A stretch of DNA of 64,000 nucleotides from Octopus sinensis (taxonomy: Eukaryota): positions 65,534,001-65,598,000 of the forward strand of contig NC_043001.1 in NCBI RefSeq assembly GCF_006345805.1, written 5' to 3'. This document shows positions 50,201 through 64,000 of this stretch, piece after piece. The translations under genes and the position numbers were made by a program. The notes below the pieces were generated by a model. The model had not been told where the DNA came from. It made no database searches and saw only the letters and a program-made list of their open reading frames with translations. Every line of letters begins with the position of its first letter. Positions within the stretch are counted from its first letter, which is position 1.

Positions 50201-53200
50201 GCCTTGACCCATCACCAATTATCAACTTACAAATCACTCATTTCTCTCATCGCCCGTATTGTCTTTTATCCCCTCCACAGGCCTCGCACAAACCACTACA
50301 CTCAGTAATTCCTTTCCAGAACGTCTCCACTCTGTGGATTTCCTTCTCTGTCCATGGTTTTTTCATGCAGTCGGAAGAGGAAGTTAACTGCATAGATCTT
50401 CTTCAGGTGAGGACCACAAGAAGACCGTGAGTGCAGTTCCATCAAACAAAACATGCCAATAATAACGTTATCTCTGATCCCGTGGAATTACGAGCAAAGC
50501 TGTCCCAACCGTGATCCTCTCAGCTTTTATTCAGATATAGTCTATCTCGGATTACACTACCTAATGTGTCCCTCATTTCTAAGATGGTAAAGTGGGATTC
50601 TGTTGATATTACTTATAGGTCGAGTGACCACGTGTATCCACCTCTTGTAGATTGTAACAATGATCAGAACAGTGTGGGATAAAATGGATCTTTACTTATT
50701 ATTGGTGTTCTACATCTCAGTAACATGTTGGAAGCCAGTACGCTACTGTTGTGCGCGCGCGTGTGTGTATGTGTGCATGTGTGTATGTTTACGTTTGTGC
50801 ATATATGTTTGAACCTATGTGTGTATGTGTGCACGCGCATGTGTATGCGAGAGTGCTAACACGAATGTGTGTTTATGTGTTCTGATGAGCTTTTATGCCT
50901 ATCCGGACTCTGAAGGAGGGAGCTAATGATTTATGGGTGTTGTTCCGGGTGTGTCTGTGAGAGGTGACAAAGAAAAGTGACGGATGAATTACAATTGGGC
51001 ACCCACTTCTAGAAATTGCCTCGTTATTTATCCATACCTTTTCAATCCAATCCGTTTCTGCCGTTCTATTCTTGACCGAAAGATTTTGAAGTCGAACTAA
51101 TACATTAAACAAACAGGAATATAAAAATTGGAAAATAAGAAGCTATTTACACAGTGCGTAATTACAAAAACTGTAAATTTAGTTATTTACACGGCGTAGA
51201 ATTTGTTAATAATAATCGTTGTTGTAGTTGTTTAGCCCTTGATCAGCCCTACTGGAGCAGACCTATGATCAGATCTATTCAACCATCACGTCGTTCTACA
51301 GTAGTAAACATGTAATTCAGTAAAATTTAGCTGTTATTTCTCACAGGCCAAGAGTCTATATAAAATCACCTTGGATTCCTTTCTATCTCTATATTGTCCA
51401 TCTCTGCACAGCACTGTATTGATCCCTAACTCTCCAGCATCTCCATTTTCCCTATACAACAATAGACTGTATATATTTCCCTACATAACAATAGTTCACT
51501 TTTGTATACTTACTGTTTATTCCTATTCAAAAGCATTTGACCCCTAAATCTCTCTTGTCCATATTCCGACTCATTATATTCATCCCTAGCTTCCCTTTGT
51601 CTCCTTATGACATCCATACCTGCACAATAGTATATTGATTCCAATACTACCCATATTATCTGGATCCCTGTACAACACAAATTGACCCCTAGCTCCCATC
51701 TCTCTCCGTGTCCATCCTTTCACAAATCTATATCGACTCCTAGCTGTCAATACACTAACTTCTGATCTCTACAGAAGACACTACTTAGTTTTCCTCCAAC
51801 TTCCCCATATTGTACAAGAAATTTAAATCTATGGTTATCTTGTGACAACGAAAGAAATATTGTGAAATTACAGCTGATAGTTAACATTTCATCATTCTGT
51901 CGGTTTCATAATTATATAATTAGGTCTCATTGAAATTATGAATTAACGTCTAATATTCCAATGTCAATGATATATTAAGTCATTATAAACAATTTGAAAT
52001 AAAAAGATAGACAAACCCACTGCGTATAATGATCTATTTCACATCCCAACAGCGATCATGTTGATACGTTTGATAATATTCACCTAGATGCCACCAAATA
52101 TTAAGTCTCTTCAACATCAAGGAAATAATGTTGCAGTTATTATGCTGTTGTCGTTGTTATTGTTCTTCTTATTGTAGTTGTTGTTATGGTTGTTGTCGCT
52201 GTTATTTTTGTTATAATTGTCATTATTGTTGCTGTTTAGTTCGAGCCGAAGCCAATTTTAGCTTTTTTTCAAATGTAATATATTTGGACCTACTTTATCC
52301 AGGTGTATCCTTTTAAGACAGTAAAATATAGTTTGAGGTACATATGGTTGCTGTTTCTATCATATTTAATTACTTTAATAACGTGTCATAGATTTTTCGT
52401 ATCAAAATACGTTCTGTTTGTTTCCAAATTGTCAAAACTCTTCTGAATTCTGCAAACCAGCAACGGATGTTAAGAGTATGAACATTTTTCATATTTTCTT
52501 AGCCTTAATTGTCCATTTCCTGTAGAGTAATCATATTTACAGGGAAAAAATTAAACTTTCAATGACCAGGAATACTTTTTTTTAAAACCAGTTCATTAAA
52601 ACTAGTGTTGTGTATCTAATTCTGTTTGTGTCACTTCGAATACCAATTTCTTTATTTAACTGCACACAATCGTAGGGAATGGAGGTACAGTGTATGATTT
52701 AAAGAACATTTGGATGATATTTCAACAGTTGGAGAAACCACGCAGGTCTTTTGTGTAAATTAGTATTTAGGAAAATTAGTACGCCCTATTACACCCCTTG
52801 ATTGTCTCTTGTCAATGTCACGACGACATGGGTGGATATGATTTAATGTATCATGCATTCAAAAATTAATATGGTGCTTTAATTGTAGGTCGGCTTGAGG
52901 GAGCAGGACTACAATTAAAGATATTCCAGCTGTAACTAGCTAAACATTTATTCATACATAAGGCAACTAGGAATAAATTTCACAATATGTTCACTCTTTT
53001 TTAAAGAAAATAGTGTAGTTTGAGGGAGTTTTACCTTTTGTTTCCAGAAGTTCCAGAAGCCTCATAGAGGTTGCATCGCTAACCCACTATTAACGATTTG
53101 ATATCTTTTTGTGTACTTTTGTATGTTAGCTTTGTATGATAAATAATCTTACTTTATTTATTCCAGCTCTTTGCATTCTGAGTTCAAACCCCGCCGTGCT

Positions 53201-53917
53201 CAACTTTTATCATCCTTCTGCAGTAGATAAAGCTATGTTCCAGCAGAAGGCGATGAAATGGTGTTATGTATGACTGCTGGAAGAAATATATTTGTAGTCA
53301 GACACGAGCGGTTAACATGTCTGTACCTAGACGACAAGATGGCGTCTTAGTGGGGAAAAAGGAGAGAACTGAAGTTAAGCAATGGGAAACCCACTTTGTA
53401 ATCTCCAATGAAAAATTCGCCGATAAAAATATAGCGTTTCCCAAGGATCTAACTAGGGAAGCTTTCGTCGACATGATGGCGCGCGGAAGAACACTCAAAC
53501 ACGCACGGACACACACAAGATACATTTGATATATTTAAAAAATCCAGTTTTAATGCTTACACTGTGGAATGTAAGCAGGTTTCAATACATGTTATTCTCT
53601 TCGAACATAGGGGAAAAAAAGGAAGATTATCCTAAGAAGTTTCCTATCTAGTTGGACATTCACCACCAGATAAGTGCTCCTGGTTCATCTGTTCTCGACG
53701 AGAACGAATTGTAATACACTAAAGACACGGTTTCGACGAAGAAGTACGTGGGCCTTACAGAGGGTAATTTCACGGTCAGGTTCAATAATCACACCTTGAG
53801 CTTTAGGCACTGGGATAAAAGGAAAACGACAAAATTATCCAGTCACATTTGGTCATTAAAAGTTACAATATCCATTGGAAGATTTTAGCCAAGTGTAAAC
53901 CCTACACCAACGGCAGT

Positions 53918-56002
53918 TCATCATCATTCATCATTGTTCGACCGTGGTCGAGACAATAGAATTTACCATGCTACGCCAGACTTCACGAGGAGAAGAGTAG
54001 AAATTTTCAGCTCTACAACAATGTTCAGCAAACTGGACTCTCCTACCTTTCACAAGAGATGACACAGGTGGTAGTTTCCCATATATTTGCATTTTGGTTG
54101 GATGACGCTTCCACGAGAGATTTTGAGCTCTCATAAGGAGGCGAGTGTAGGTTCCATCCAACCGCCTCTCAAGCTTCTTTGATAACGTCCAGGTTTCTGA
54201 GCCATATAGTAGAATTGGTTCGACTATGGCTCTACTTAGATTTGATGACCAGATCTTATGCATGTCATTACAGGCTGACCAGGCCATACCCTTTCTAGTT
54301 AGAAAATCTTTTTCAGATGATGATATGTATGACCCAAGATATTTGTAATCAGAAACCATATTTAAGGGCGCATTGTAGAGAGTATGGATGATGCAATCAC
54401 TGTTGGACAGGCACTTGTTTATATATTCAGTCTTGGCCTCATTGAGGTAAAGACCTACACAATTTGAGGCTTGTTCGAGAGATTGTAAAAGAGACTGGGC
54501 ATTGGAGAGGGAATCACTGATAAGAGCGATGTCGTCAGCAAAGTCAGTGTCTGTCAAGTATTCAGCTGGGTGTCTGGAACTTCTTCTTGGTTTTATTTCA
54601 AAGCCCTTGCCAGAGATGGTATCACTGACATACGTAGCACATAGTCAACGACAATGATGAAAAGAAATGGGGCGAGTGTGTCTCCCTGCAGTGTTCCGGC
54701 TTTGATTGAGAAAGATGATGTTTCTTCGTCAGGGGTTAAGATGGTTGAAGACGTATCTGTGTAGAGGACCTTGATGGCAGAAATGATTTTGTCTGGTATC
54801 CCATAGAGCTTAAGGATTCCAAACATCTTGTACCTATCTACAGAGTCGAACGCTTTAGAAAAGTCTACAAACACCATTGCAAGATCGCGATTAAATGCTT
54901 TTGATTCTTCAATAAGTCTGCGTAGGCATAGTATCTGGCTCAGCGTTGAGCGCCCATGTCTGAATCCATTTTGGTTCTTTCGGAGTAAAGGTTCAACAAA
55001 AAGGACAAGACGATTTAGAATCAGTTTGTTGTACAATTTTGCAGCAATTGACATTAGAGATATACCCCTGTAGTTGGTGACGAGGGATAAATCGCCTTTT
55101 TTGGGTATTGGGATGATTTGAGATTGGTGCCAAATCTTTGGAGCGACAAAGGTGGAAAGTGTGTGGTTGCAAAGGTTGAGCAAAAGTGTGTGAAATCTAT
55201 CATCCTTCCAAATTATATCTGAGATGTTGTCGGGACCGAATGCTTTCGAGGCTTTTAGTTGCTTAGTGGCTGCTGTTAGTTCAAATATGGTAAAAGGGGA
55301 GGTGTTGATGTCCAGCGTGTCTGATATAGGCACACTTGGAAGAGTGGGGTTATCAGGGATTTTGGCATTCTTCCCAAGAAGGTTTTTAAAATGAGTTGAC
55401 CAATTTTCTAAACGCTTCTTAGCTGATCCCCCTTTAATTCTAATTGATGACCCAGATTTTTTGCCTGATAGGTCTTTGATGGATTTCCAGGCGAGATGGT
55501 GTTTTTAACTAATGTGCTCTTTGGATAGTTTGCTAATTTTGCCATTGATAAAGTCGATCTCGGCGTTCAAGTAAGCCTCATCAAGATTCTTCTTGGCAGT
55601 TATGAGTTGGATCTTCAGTGACTGGGATGGAGAACGGTGGTAAGCTAGTGATATAGACTTTAGATGGTTTCTGGCTTCGATGACATTTGGGGAATTAGAA
55701 GGTTTGCTCTGGCCCCTACTCTTCTTTTTGGGAAGAGTAGCCAGTGCAACTTCCTCTGTTGATTTGATGAGGCTGCTGTATACTTCTTCAATGTTCTCAG
55801 CATCTATTTCAGAAGTAGACAAAGATTGAAATGTGTTATAGACCTCAATAGTAAATTGTTTGGATATATCGGGGTTAGACAAAACTTCATACCAGTCGAT
55901 CGTTTTCATCGGGTGAGGCTTAGCTTTTTTGGATGAGCGAAGACTAAGCTTAACGGTAGCTGATACAATTCTGTGGTCAGAGCCGACAGAACTAAAGGAA
56001 GA
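53918..56002 (-). mobile_element. RTE-clade LINE, 5'-truncated within the APE domain
   Basis: GSDH (APE end), KAFGPD, NYRGISLMS, QNGFRHGRST, FVDFSKAFDS, LQGDTLAP, DFADDIAL, YLGS, LLYGSETW; (TGA)-like tail. Confidence 0.93.
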
Positions 56003-57079
56003 AAGTGCGGTTTATGCGATATGGAAAGATGGCTCATCTGGAAAAGCAGCTTAGACCCTGCTACATGCCTGAATTCAAGGACTGAACTTTTCGGATCATA
56101 CCTACGCGTGGCCAAATATTTGTTTGGTCCCCACGAGACTACAGATAGAACTTGCTTTCTATATTGTGTCCACGCACTAGCTTTTTATCTCTTTATACCT
56201 TTTACTTATATTTCTTATATATTTTAAAATTTTATTTATAGTTTTTATACATATATTTCTTTACATATAGAGATTTTGGTTTACAGGTTTATTGCTTATA
56301 TATTTTTTACACAATTTTTTCTGTATTCTACCTTCCACCCTGCATTTTTCCCTGTGCGTATATAGACGTGTATATGGAATCTTTTGTGCGCGCGCGTGAA
56401 TGTGTGCGTAGTGCGGGTATGCGTGTATATAGATGTGTGCCTGTGCGCGGGTATGCGTGTATATAGATGTGTTCGTGTGTGCGTGCATGCGAGTACGTGC
56501 GTATATAGCCGTATTTTACTCAGTGTTTTTACACATTTTCCTGTATTTTTGCCCTTAGCCCTGTTTTTTCTTGTATTAAACGTATGTATAATCCTTTTTG
56601 CGTGTGCGTATATAGACGTGTGCAGATATGTGCGTATATAGGCGTGTGTGTGTGCGTGCATAAGGGTATGTGCGTATATAGACGTGGTTTACTCTTTGTA
56701 TACTCCCTTATGCCTTTTTTCTGTATTGTTACCCTTAACCCTGTTTTTTCTTGTGCTTGTGCGTATATAGACGTATGTATGAACCTTTATGGTGCGCGTG
56801 TGTGGGTTTGTATTTATATGCATATACATTTGGCGAAGGATGGGAGTGAGGATGTGTACGTTTTCAAGTGAGGGTGGATGAATGTATAGCTTTAGGCGTA
56901 CGCACGTGGGTGTGCGGGCGCACATGTGTAGGTATGACAGGCGCTTACGCGAATATTATGAACGTTTTACCCCCTTACTTAGCGGTCATTCGAATAGCTC
57001 TTTTGTCTTAATAACGGTCAATCACACAGTAATCTCCCTTTGTGTAACGGTCATTTTCATAGCATTTTCCCGATGGCCG

Positions 57080-57140
57080 GATAACTGAAGAGATGGCTGC
57101 GTGGATTTCCACCTCGAAATCCGAAACTCAGAATTTTATC
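57080..57140 (+). ncRNA. Type I hammerhead (decayed) in the Penelope 3' region
   Basis: GATAA-CTGAAGA-GAT..ATCc-GAAACTCAGAATT-TTATC; helix I GATAA/TTATC. Confidence 0.6.
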
Positions 57141-58938
57141 ATGGCTACCGAATAATTGCCACATATTACATTTACAGATAAATTCCTCTATTTACATAAT
57201 ATCGAGGTCTCTTTCTTTCTTTTGTTGTCTTACCGTTTTTATCAATATATATATGTGTGTGTGTGTGTGTATGTGTGTGTATGTGTGTGTGTATGTATGT
57301 GTGTGTGTGTGTATGCATGTATATATGTATGTATGTATGTTTGTATGTATGTATGTATGTATGTATGTATGTATCTATGTGCGTTTGTGTCTTTGTGTCT
57401 GTGTTCGCAACGCACCACCAGTATTTGTTTGTGTATGACTCCGTAACTTAGCGGTTCGGTAAGAGACCAATAGATTAAGGACCAGGCTTTAAAAACATAT
57501 AAAATGTGAAGCATTTTGATATTTGTTATCCATGATAGTAGTGGAAAATGTTTTCTTCCTTCATTTTTTTAAAAATTGTAATTGTTACATTGACAGAAAA
57601 TGACAAAAAGTGAATCTAAATTTAATAATGGAGAAAGGAAGACTCCTTGTAATCTGAGTTCAAATGCCACTGAGTTCAAATGTTCTTTTCATTGATTTGG
57701 GGGTCCACAAATAAAATAAAGTGAAGAATGCTGGCTTGATAGAATTGTTGGGGCGTCGAACAATGCTAGGGCGTTGTTTCACTTCCGAGTTTGTCTGCAA
57801 TGACAATGAAATCAGACTGCAACAGCTGGTGCTCTTCCTTTGGATAATCTTGGTTTCATTCATGGAGTGAGGAGGTCCTCATAGGAAGCTGCTGGTATTT
57901 CATTAAAAAAAACCATATCCATATCTGCATCATGGAGAAGAATTTTCCAGGAGAATATCCATAGTGTCATGTGACTCCGGGTAGAGTCATGATCCAGCAG
58001 ACTTATCATTATAGGCAAGTAATTGTTGTTTAGCCTTGGGCCAGTATATCGAAATACTTCTAGTCATGGCTATACTGTAGGACTACATTCTTCAACTTAT
58101 TCTTCCCTTTTTTAAGACAAAGTGTTTTTTGAGGGGGATTTGGCTGCTACCTCTAGCAACCAGTTAAAGATGCTCTTCTTGTATACATGCATAGATATAT
58201 TTACAGTACGTTTAGTTGATGTAAGACATTTACGTAGAGTTTGTAAGGCTTTATTCAATGTCTTATGTTTTGTAAATCCAACATAGCTATCATTTGTCAT
58301 CCAAATATAAAGTAAACAGAAAATAATTGTACAAAATAGGCTGACTATTAACAACTAAGAAGCACACAGAGTTATGACCTAAATACGCAACGTATATAAT
58401 CTGATGGCACAATATATATATATGAGTATAAAAACAGTAGTCTAGTGTAGAAACGGTAAGGTAGAGCATAGCCTAGGGATGCTATTTTGTTAGGTTCTTT
58501 TACGATCTGAGTTCAAATACCCCCAAGATCGACTTTATTTGTAATCAGCCGGGTGTCTATAAAATAAGTACGAGTCAAGAACTGGGGTCAACTTACTCAA
58601 ATCTTCTTTCATCCAAACATGTGATCTTGTAACACACTTACAATATAATGTTTACCATCGCAGCATATATATAGTTACTTCTAATCGTTTCTGTGATGTT
58701 TGTTTATATTTTTTAGAGAAGAAGACAAGGTTGCCGACCTTGCACTCTAACCCACATGCACTCTCATTTGGGCTTTTGGGACTGATTAAAGCGGAATCGG
58801 ATCAGCTATGACACAGGTATCGTCATTCCTACGGCATTGTATGCAAGTGTATGCAAGTGAAATATGGTACCATGGAAATACCCTGAAGATGACCTGGCGT
58901 GACCGCATCACAAACAATGGAATCATAGAAAGATCTAG

Positions 58939-58975
<37 letters not shown>

Positions 58976-59039
58976 TCTTTTATTCTTTTATATGTTTCAG
59001 TCCAATGACTGTGGCCATGCCGGAGCACCGCTATTGTGA

Positions 59040-59470
59040 TCATCTTTCCACTTTCCACCTTTGTCGGAACGGCTTTTGGTGAAGGTTGGAGTTCGATGTT
59101 ACTGCCCTCTTTTGAGTTTCTTGCTTAGATATCGGCTCATCCGGTATCTCGGCGAGCCAGAGGTCAAGTTCACGTTTGAAAACGTCTACATCCACTCCAT
59201 GGAAGCTTCTCAGATTCTTCGGCAGACAGTTAAACACCTGTGGGCCCTTGAAACCCAAGCTATTGCAGTATATCGTCCTTGCCCGAGATGAAGCAGTCGG
59301 CACAGTGGGGACAGCACAGTGACGTCTTGTTCGTGGTCTGGTATAGCTCTTTATTCTAAAGTTTGGTACCATTCCTTCCACTATCTTCCATATATATATC
59401 ACTGCATATCTCTCCCGCCTTCGTTTCAGGGAATAGAGTCGTAGCTCTATCAATATGTTCCATTATCTCT
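59040..59470 (-). pseudogene. CR1-type LINE 3' fragment
   Basis: LYSLKRRRERYAVIYIWKIVEG, GPQVFNCLP, FKRELDLWL..IPDEP. Confidence 0.8.
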
Positions 59471-59628
59471 ATTTACTTATTTTCCTTAAATAAATATAAA
59501 TCTCTGTTTATTTAAGTACCTATTTTCGAATATTAAATCTAATATTCAAAATAAATGATAGGTAAGAAACCAATAAATTCATTGAATATTATTATTCCTT
59601 CATGGGGCTTATTTAACCTCTAAGCGAA

Positions 59629-59676
<48 letters not shown>

Positions 59677-59820
59677 TATCAAAATAAGCAACAAGGATAT
59701 CCAGAGGTAATGCAGTACGATCGTTTCATGCAACTTCATTTAATTGAACAATGCAATCATTACATCAATTTAAAATGCATCTATCTATATATATATATAA
59801 TATGTGACAATTAATTGGTT

Positions 59821-59891
59821 GTCATAAGAAAACTCAGGGTTTCGGATGCCGGCGTTGAAGTCTGTTCCGGCATCTCATCAGTTATTAAGAC
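59821..59891 (-). ncRNA. Type I hammerhead, left arm of an inverted pair
   Basis: Minus strand GTCTTAATAA-CTGATGA-GATGCCGG..CCGGCATC-c-GAAACCCTGAGTT-TTCTTATGAC. Confidence 0.7.
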
Positions 59892-60722
59892 AAACAAAAC
59901 GCTATAGAAAAAACCCGTTGAATAAAGGGTAATTACAAGTGATAGTGCCATTTATATTTTACCTGATGGATTCCATTTTTCTACCATTACCCTTGTGTCG
60001 ATTCTCCTGCGGAATATATATTTTTGCTGTATTTCATTTTTCTCCCTTTATAATTGTGTAACTATATACGCGTGCAGTATATATCAAATCTGCATGTGCG
60101 TGCATATATACATCTGTAGAAATGATTGTATATATACGAGTGTCAAACTCTACCTGTTGTACTTGTCTCCTTCCTTCATACATATATGTATGTATATATG
60201 TTTATATATCTGCAAGTGTAGGTGTGTTTGACAGACAGGAGGGTGCATTTTTGTACATACATATATAACTCATATGTATATTCAAGTTTTGCGTTGAATG
60301 TGAATGTTTTACGGTTTATGTTTTAGCATATGTGTTTTTATTTGCATATACGTCTGTCCGCGTATGTATGTACATGTGCGTATAGAGATGTGTATATGAA
60401 CATAATGATGCGTGCATATGTATATATACGTGTGTATGTGCATGTATGCGTGTATTATATGTATGTATGTTTACATATGTATAGACCTATATATATATAT
60501 GTGTGTGTGTGTTTGTATGTATATGTACACGCGTGTGTGAGTATATATATATACACGCGTGTGTGTGTGTGTGTGTGTGTGCGTGTATGCGCGTACGTGT
60601 ATGTATATGTGTACATGTGTGCATATGCAGATTCTATGAACGAAGTTTTACTTTCCCCATGCCTATTGGAGTAATTTCCCTTTATTCAACGGTTTTTTTC
60701 ATAGCGTTTTTTATTTTTGTCT

Positions 60723-60785
60723 TAATAACTGATGAGATGCGGGAGCAGACTTCAGCCCCGGCATCCGAAACTCTGAGTTTTATTA
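60723..60785 (+). ncRNA. Type I hammerhead, right arm of an inverted pair
   Basis: TAATAA-CTGATGA-GATGC..GCATC-c-GAAACTCTGAGTT-TTATTA. Confidence 0.72.
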
Positions 60786-60804
60786 TATATATATATATAT
60801 ATAT

Positions 60805-61042
60805 AGGCGTGGCTGTGTGGTATGAATCTTCCTTCCTAACCGCTTAGTCCTGGGTTCAGTTCCACTGTGTGGCACCTTGGGTAAGTGTCTTCTACTATAG
60901 CTTCAGGCCGATCAAAGACTCCTGAGTGGATTTGGTAGGCGGAAGCTGAAAGAAGCCCGTCGCATATATATATGTATATATTTGGATGTGTGTGTGTGTG
61001 TATGTGCGTGCTTGTCCCCGATGACAACCGATGTTGGTGTGC
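60805..61042 (+). mobile_element. SINE family A, partial
   Basis: AGGCGTGGCTGTGTGG head and body similarity. Confidence 0.75.
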
Positions 61043-61099
61043 TATAAACTCAGAGACTTAACACACCACTCTTTGTTTGTAGTGTAAGATTAGTGTATT

Positions 61100-63130
61100 T
61101 CTCAGAGAGTAATACTTACTTTTAATACTCAATGGTTTTACACTTCTCTACATTACATGTACATACTATTCCTGTAAGTGCTTTTTTCATATAATGCTGT
61201 CTGTATTGCCATGTTTATCACTGAACATCCAACATACAACTGACCATGTGAGAAACATGCTTGAAGGAGGTTAAATCCTACCACCTTTAGCAATTGACCT
61301 TGTGTTTTGTTGATAGATATTGCAAAGCTCAGTTTGACAGGGAGCTGTAGTCACTTGAACTGAAAGGAAAGATCATTTGAGATGAGAGGGAGCCTTGGAA
61401 TGAAGACATTCTCACACATGTTGCCTGTAATTGTTGTTGCTTCTAACACACGGGGCATGACTTTTTAACAACCTACCTTGTTCCATTGCAGAGTCTGGGT
61501 ACATCAAGTTTCTTTAACAGCATTATAGAAGCACCTGTTTTCATGATCAAAATGAGTGGCAGAAATCCTGGTGGTTAAAGTAAATTGAGGAACTCCACTG
61601 GGTAATGCGTTGCCTGTTCTTGATCAGGGACAGAGTCGATTGATCTGTATGAACATTCAATTTCTGGAAGCTGAGACAACAAATTTAGATTCAGCTTGTC
61701 TACAGCATCAATCCTTGGTACCAAAATTGTTCATTCATACAGCCACTTGTGACTTTTGTTTCAAAAGACCTTGCTCTTCAGTTCTTCAATGGAGGCAGTC
61801 ATACTGCGACATCGGAGGTGGTGCACACCTTCTTCTGTATCCTGTGGAAGTTTTCCACTTCCAACGTCAAATAACTTCTTAGAGAACTCTACAGCTAATG
61901 GGTCACCATGAATATGACTCCTAATGTTAGTTGTCAGAGGAAGCTGCTTGAAATGTTGCCAGATATATGAGGACTTGATGCAAGCTCTTAGCTCATCTGC
62001 CTTTGTTCCTCTGTGAATGACAGGTAGAGTTTGTTTGAAGTCACCAACCATGAGGAGGGTGACGCCACCCATAATCTTATTGTTTCTAAAGTCTTGTAAT
62101 GTTCTATCAAGAGCTTCAAAGGCTGCCTTTTGGTACATTGTTGCCTCATCCTAGACAATGAGTTTGGCATCTGTCAGGAACTTTGCTAACGCTGTATTCT
62201 TCGATATGTTGCATAATGGAGATTCATTTGGGATCAGGTTCAGAGGCGGCCTGGATGTTGAATGGGATGTTCTTCCACCTGTTAGGAGTGTGGTTGCCAT
62301 TCCAGAGGATGCAACAGCCAGAGCAATCTTCTCCTGTCTCACCTTGGCAAGAAATAGGTTGATCTTTACTGTATGTACTGCCTTTATGGCAAATATAATG
62401 AAATAAAGAAGCAGGTTGATCAATAATGTCTTTCCTGTGCATCTAGGAGCATCTAAGAAGAAGACCCCGCCAATGTCATTATTCACAGATGTCAGAACTT
62501 GCTAGAATACCTCCTTTTGATCCTGTACCAGAAGTGGTTCCGTCTCGTTTACAACAGCTTGCAAACTTTCCATGTTGTATGATATTTCCCTGATTAGCTC
62601 TTGTGCTGACCTGTATTGAACATCCTTGACGGGAGCTAGAAGACCATAGAGCTCAAGTTTGTTTCCACCCACTGATCAAATCTTGTCCTATATTAATCTT
62701 AATACTTCATTGAAAATGTCATTATTGAATGTGACATCACCCTCATACTGATATTAAATTCTTTGAAGAATGTCTTCACAAAGCCCTTCCTTGTATTTGT
62801 ACCAAAGTTGTTTCGGATTTGACAACATACCAGCATTATAGGGAAGAGGCTTCTCAACTGCTTAGGAGACTTTCACATGTGTGCCTCTCTCAGAGTGGCA
62901 TCTCAATGTGCATCATCTTCCAGAAGAACTCTGAGATGGCAAGTCTGGTGATATGTTAGACATATTGTGTTGTCAACCATACGTAAGGCAGTAAATGATG
63001 TGGGTCCTTTGACATGGTGTAACAGAAGCATTAGATAGTAGCACTCTTAGTAGTTGGAATTGGCACTGGAGACAAATTTGATACCTTCCTTCTAGGCATG
63101 GTTATTTACGGATACAGAAATACACCGGCA
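61100..63130 (-). pseudogene. Helitron RepHel remnant (end of Rep region plus PIF1 helicase), decayed
   Basis: YYL.LLLHHVKGPTSF, LLEDD, FFLDAP..TGKT, AVASSG.A.TLL.GGRT.HS, LDRTLQD, GDFKQTLPV, QLYV.CS. Confidence 0.9.
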
Positions 63131-63179
63131 CAGAAGATTGTAAGCAATGAAAGAATCTGTAATAATTCTTTTGATACCA

Positions 63180-64000
63180 GAAATCGTTATGTTTCTATGA
63201 GGAACGTAAAAAGTAGTATTTTTAAGCTAAAAATATATAGGAAGCTGTGACGTTCATGAATGTTCCCGGGAACTCAAAAAAACAATGCGACTGAATTGAA
63301 ATAGAAGCGGGTGAAATGTATACAGTCATCAACGGCGTATTGTATACATAACGGCGTAGATAGATACATAGACAAATAGCTAGCTAGCTAGATAGACAGA
63401 CAGACAGACAGACTGACAGATAGATAGAAAGATAGATATAGATAAATATAGATAGGGAGTTAAATGTAGATTTGGATAGAGAGATAGAGAGATAGTAACA
63501 GAAATCCTTTGAAGAATGGTTCTATTAGGAACGTGAAGATTAAGATTTTCAAGCTAAGAATATATGGGAAGCTGTGACATTCATGTATTTTTTCCAGGAA
63601 CCCAAAAAAACAATGTGACTGAACTGAAATACAAGCGGTTAATTAGATATAGAGAGTAACAGAAATCCTCAGAAGAATGTTTCTTTGAGGTACTTGAAGA
63701 GTGAAATCAATATTATTCATTTAAAAAAATGAAGACCATATTATTGTATCCCAAGTGATATTATTGATGTACCCGATAGAAATAGATATAGATTTAAATA
63801 GATAGAGACGGAATGTAACAGAAATCCTTAGAAGAATGTTTCTATGAGAAACATGAAGATTAAGAATTTCAAGTTAAAAATATATAGGAAGCTGTGACAT
63901 TCATACATTTTCGCCATGAACCAAGAAAACAATGCAACTGAAATGAAATAGAAGCGTTAAAATGTAAATATTCGTCAACGGCGTATTGTATACATACATG
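63180..64000. repeat. Diverged tandem repeat, about 320-bp period, running off the window end
   Basis: ATATA.GGAAGCTGTGAC.TTCAT recurs near 63235, 63560 and 63885. Confidence 0.85.

Larger units (their letters stand above)
53620..57245 (+). mobile_element. Penelope-like element remnant (GIY-YIG endonuclease plus long 3' region with HHR), interrupted by an RTE LINE
   Basis: KYVGLTEGNF..RFNNH..SF..LSSHIWSLK..WKILAKCKPYTNGS continues after 56002 as RKCGLCDMERWLI..LNSRTELF; HHR at 57080-57140. Confidence 0.75.

Noticed and set aside
59695-59790. Minus-strand GAAACGATCGTA with a palindromic helix III
   Set aside because: The CUGANGA core has decayed; remnant only.

Overview
AT-rich, microsatellite-saturated animal DNA. 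The SINE/LINE repertoire resembles what I know from octopus (coleoid cephalopod) genomes, but this assignment is inferred. Almost all of the supplied ORF track is microsatellite noise or decayed transposon fragments, and there is no intact protein-coding gene. Recognisable content: two dead mariner elements; three R4/Dong-type LINEs piled up at (TAA)n tracts; RTE, L1/Tx1 and CR1 LINE remnants; several Helitrons, two of them composite and one splitting a LINE precisely at an AT dinucleotide; two Penelope-like GIY-YIG remnants; many tRNA-derived SINEs; and one candidate signal-peptide exon of a minus-strand host gene at about 31.8-31.9 kb. The main hidden signal is RNA-level: 13 type I hammerhead ribozyme (HHR) motifs read by eye (core CUGANGA...GAAA...NUH). 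The best sit in two otherwise dissimilar non-coding monomers of about 533 bp (5.6-7.2 kb) and 488 bp (9.7-10.3 kb). Each is integrated as direct arm(s) plus an inverted arm that reads across the monomer junction, as expected if a circular or multimeric self-cleaving RNA (retrozyme-like, probably Penelope-mobilised) was reverse transcribed. All structures were assigned by eye; no folding, alignment or database search was run, and boundaries of decayed elements are approximate.
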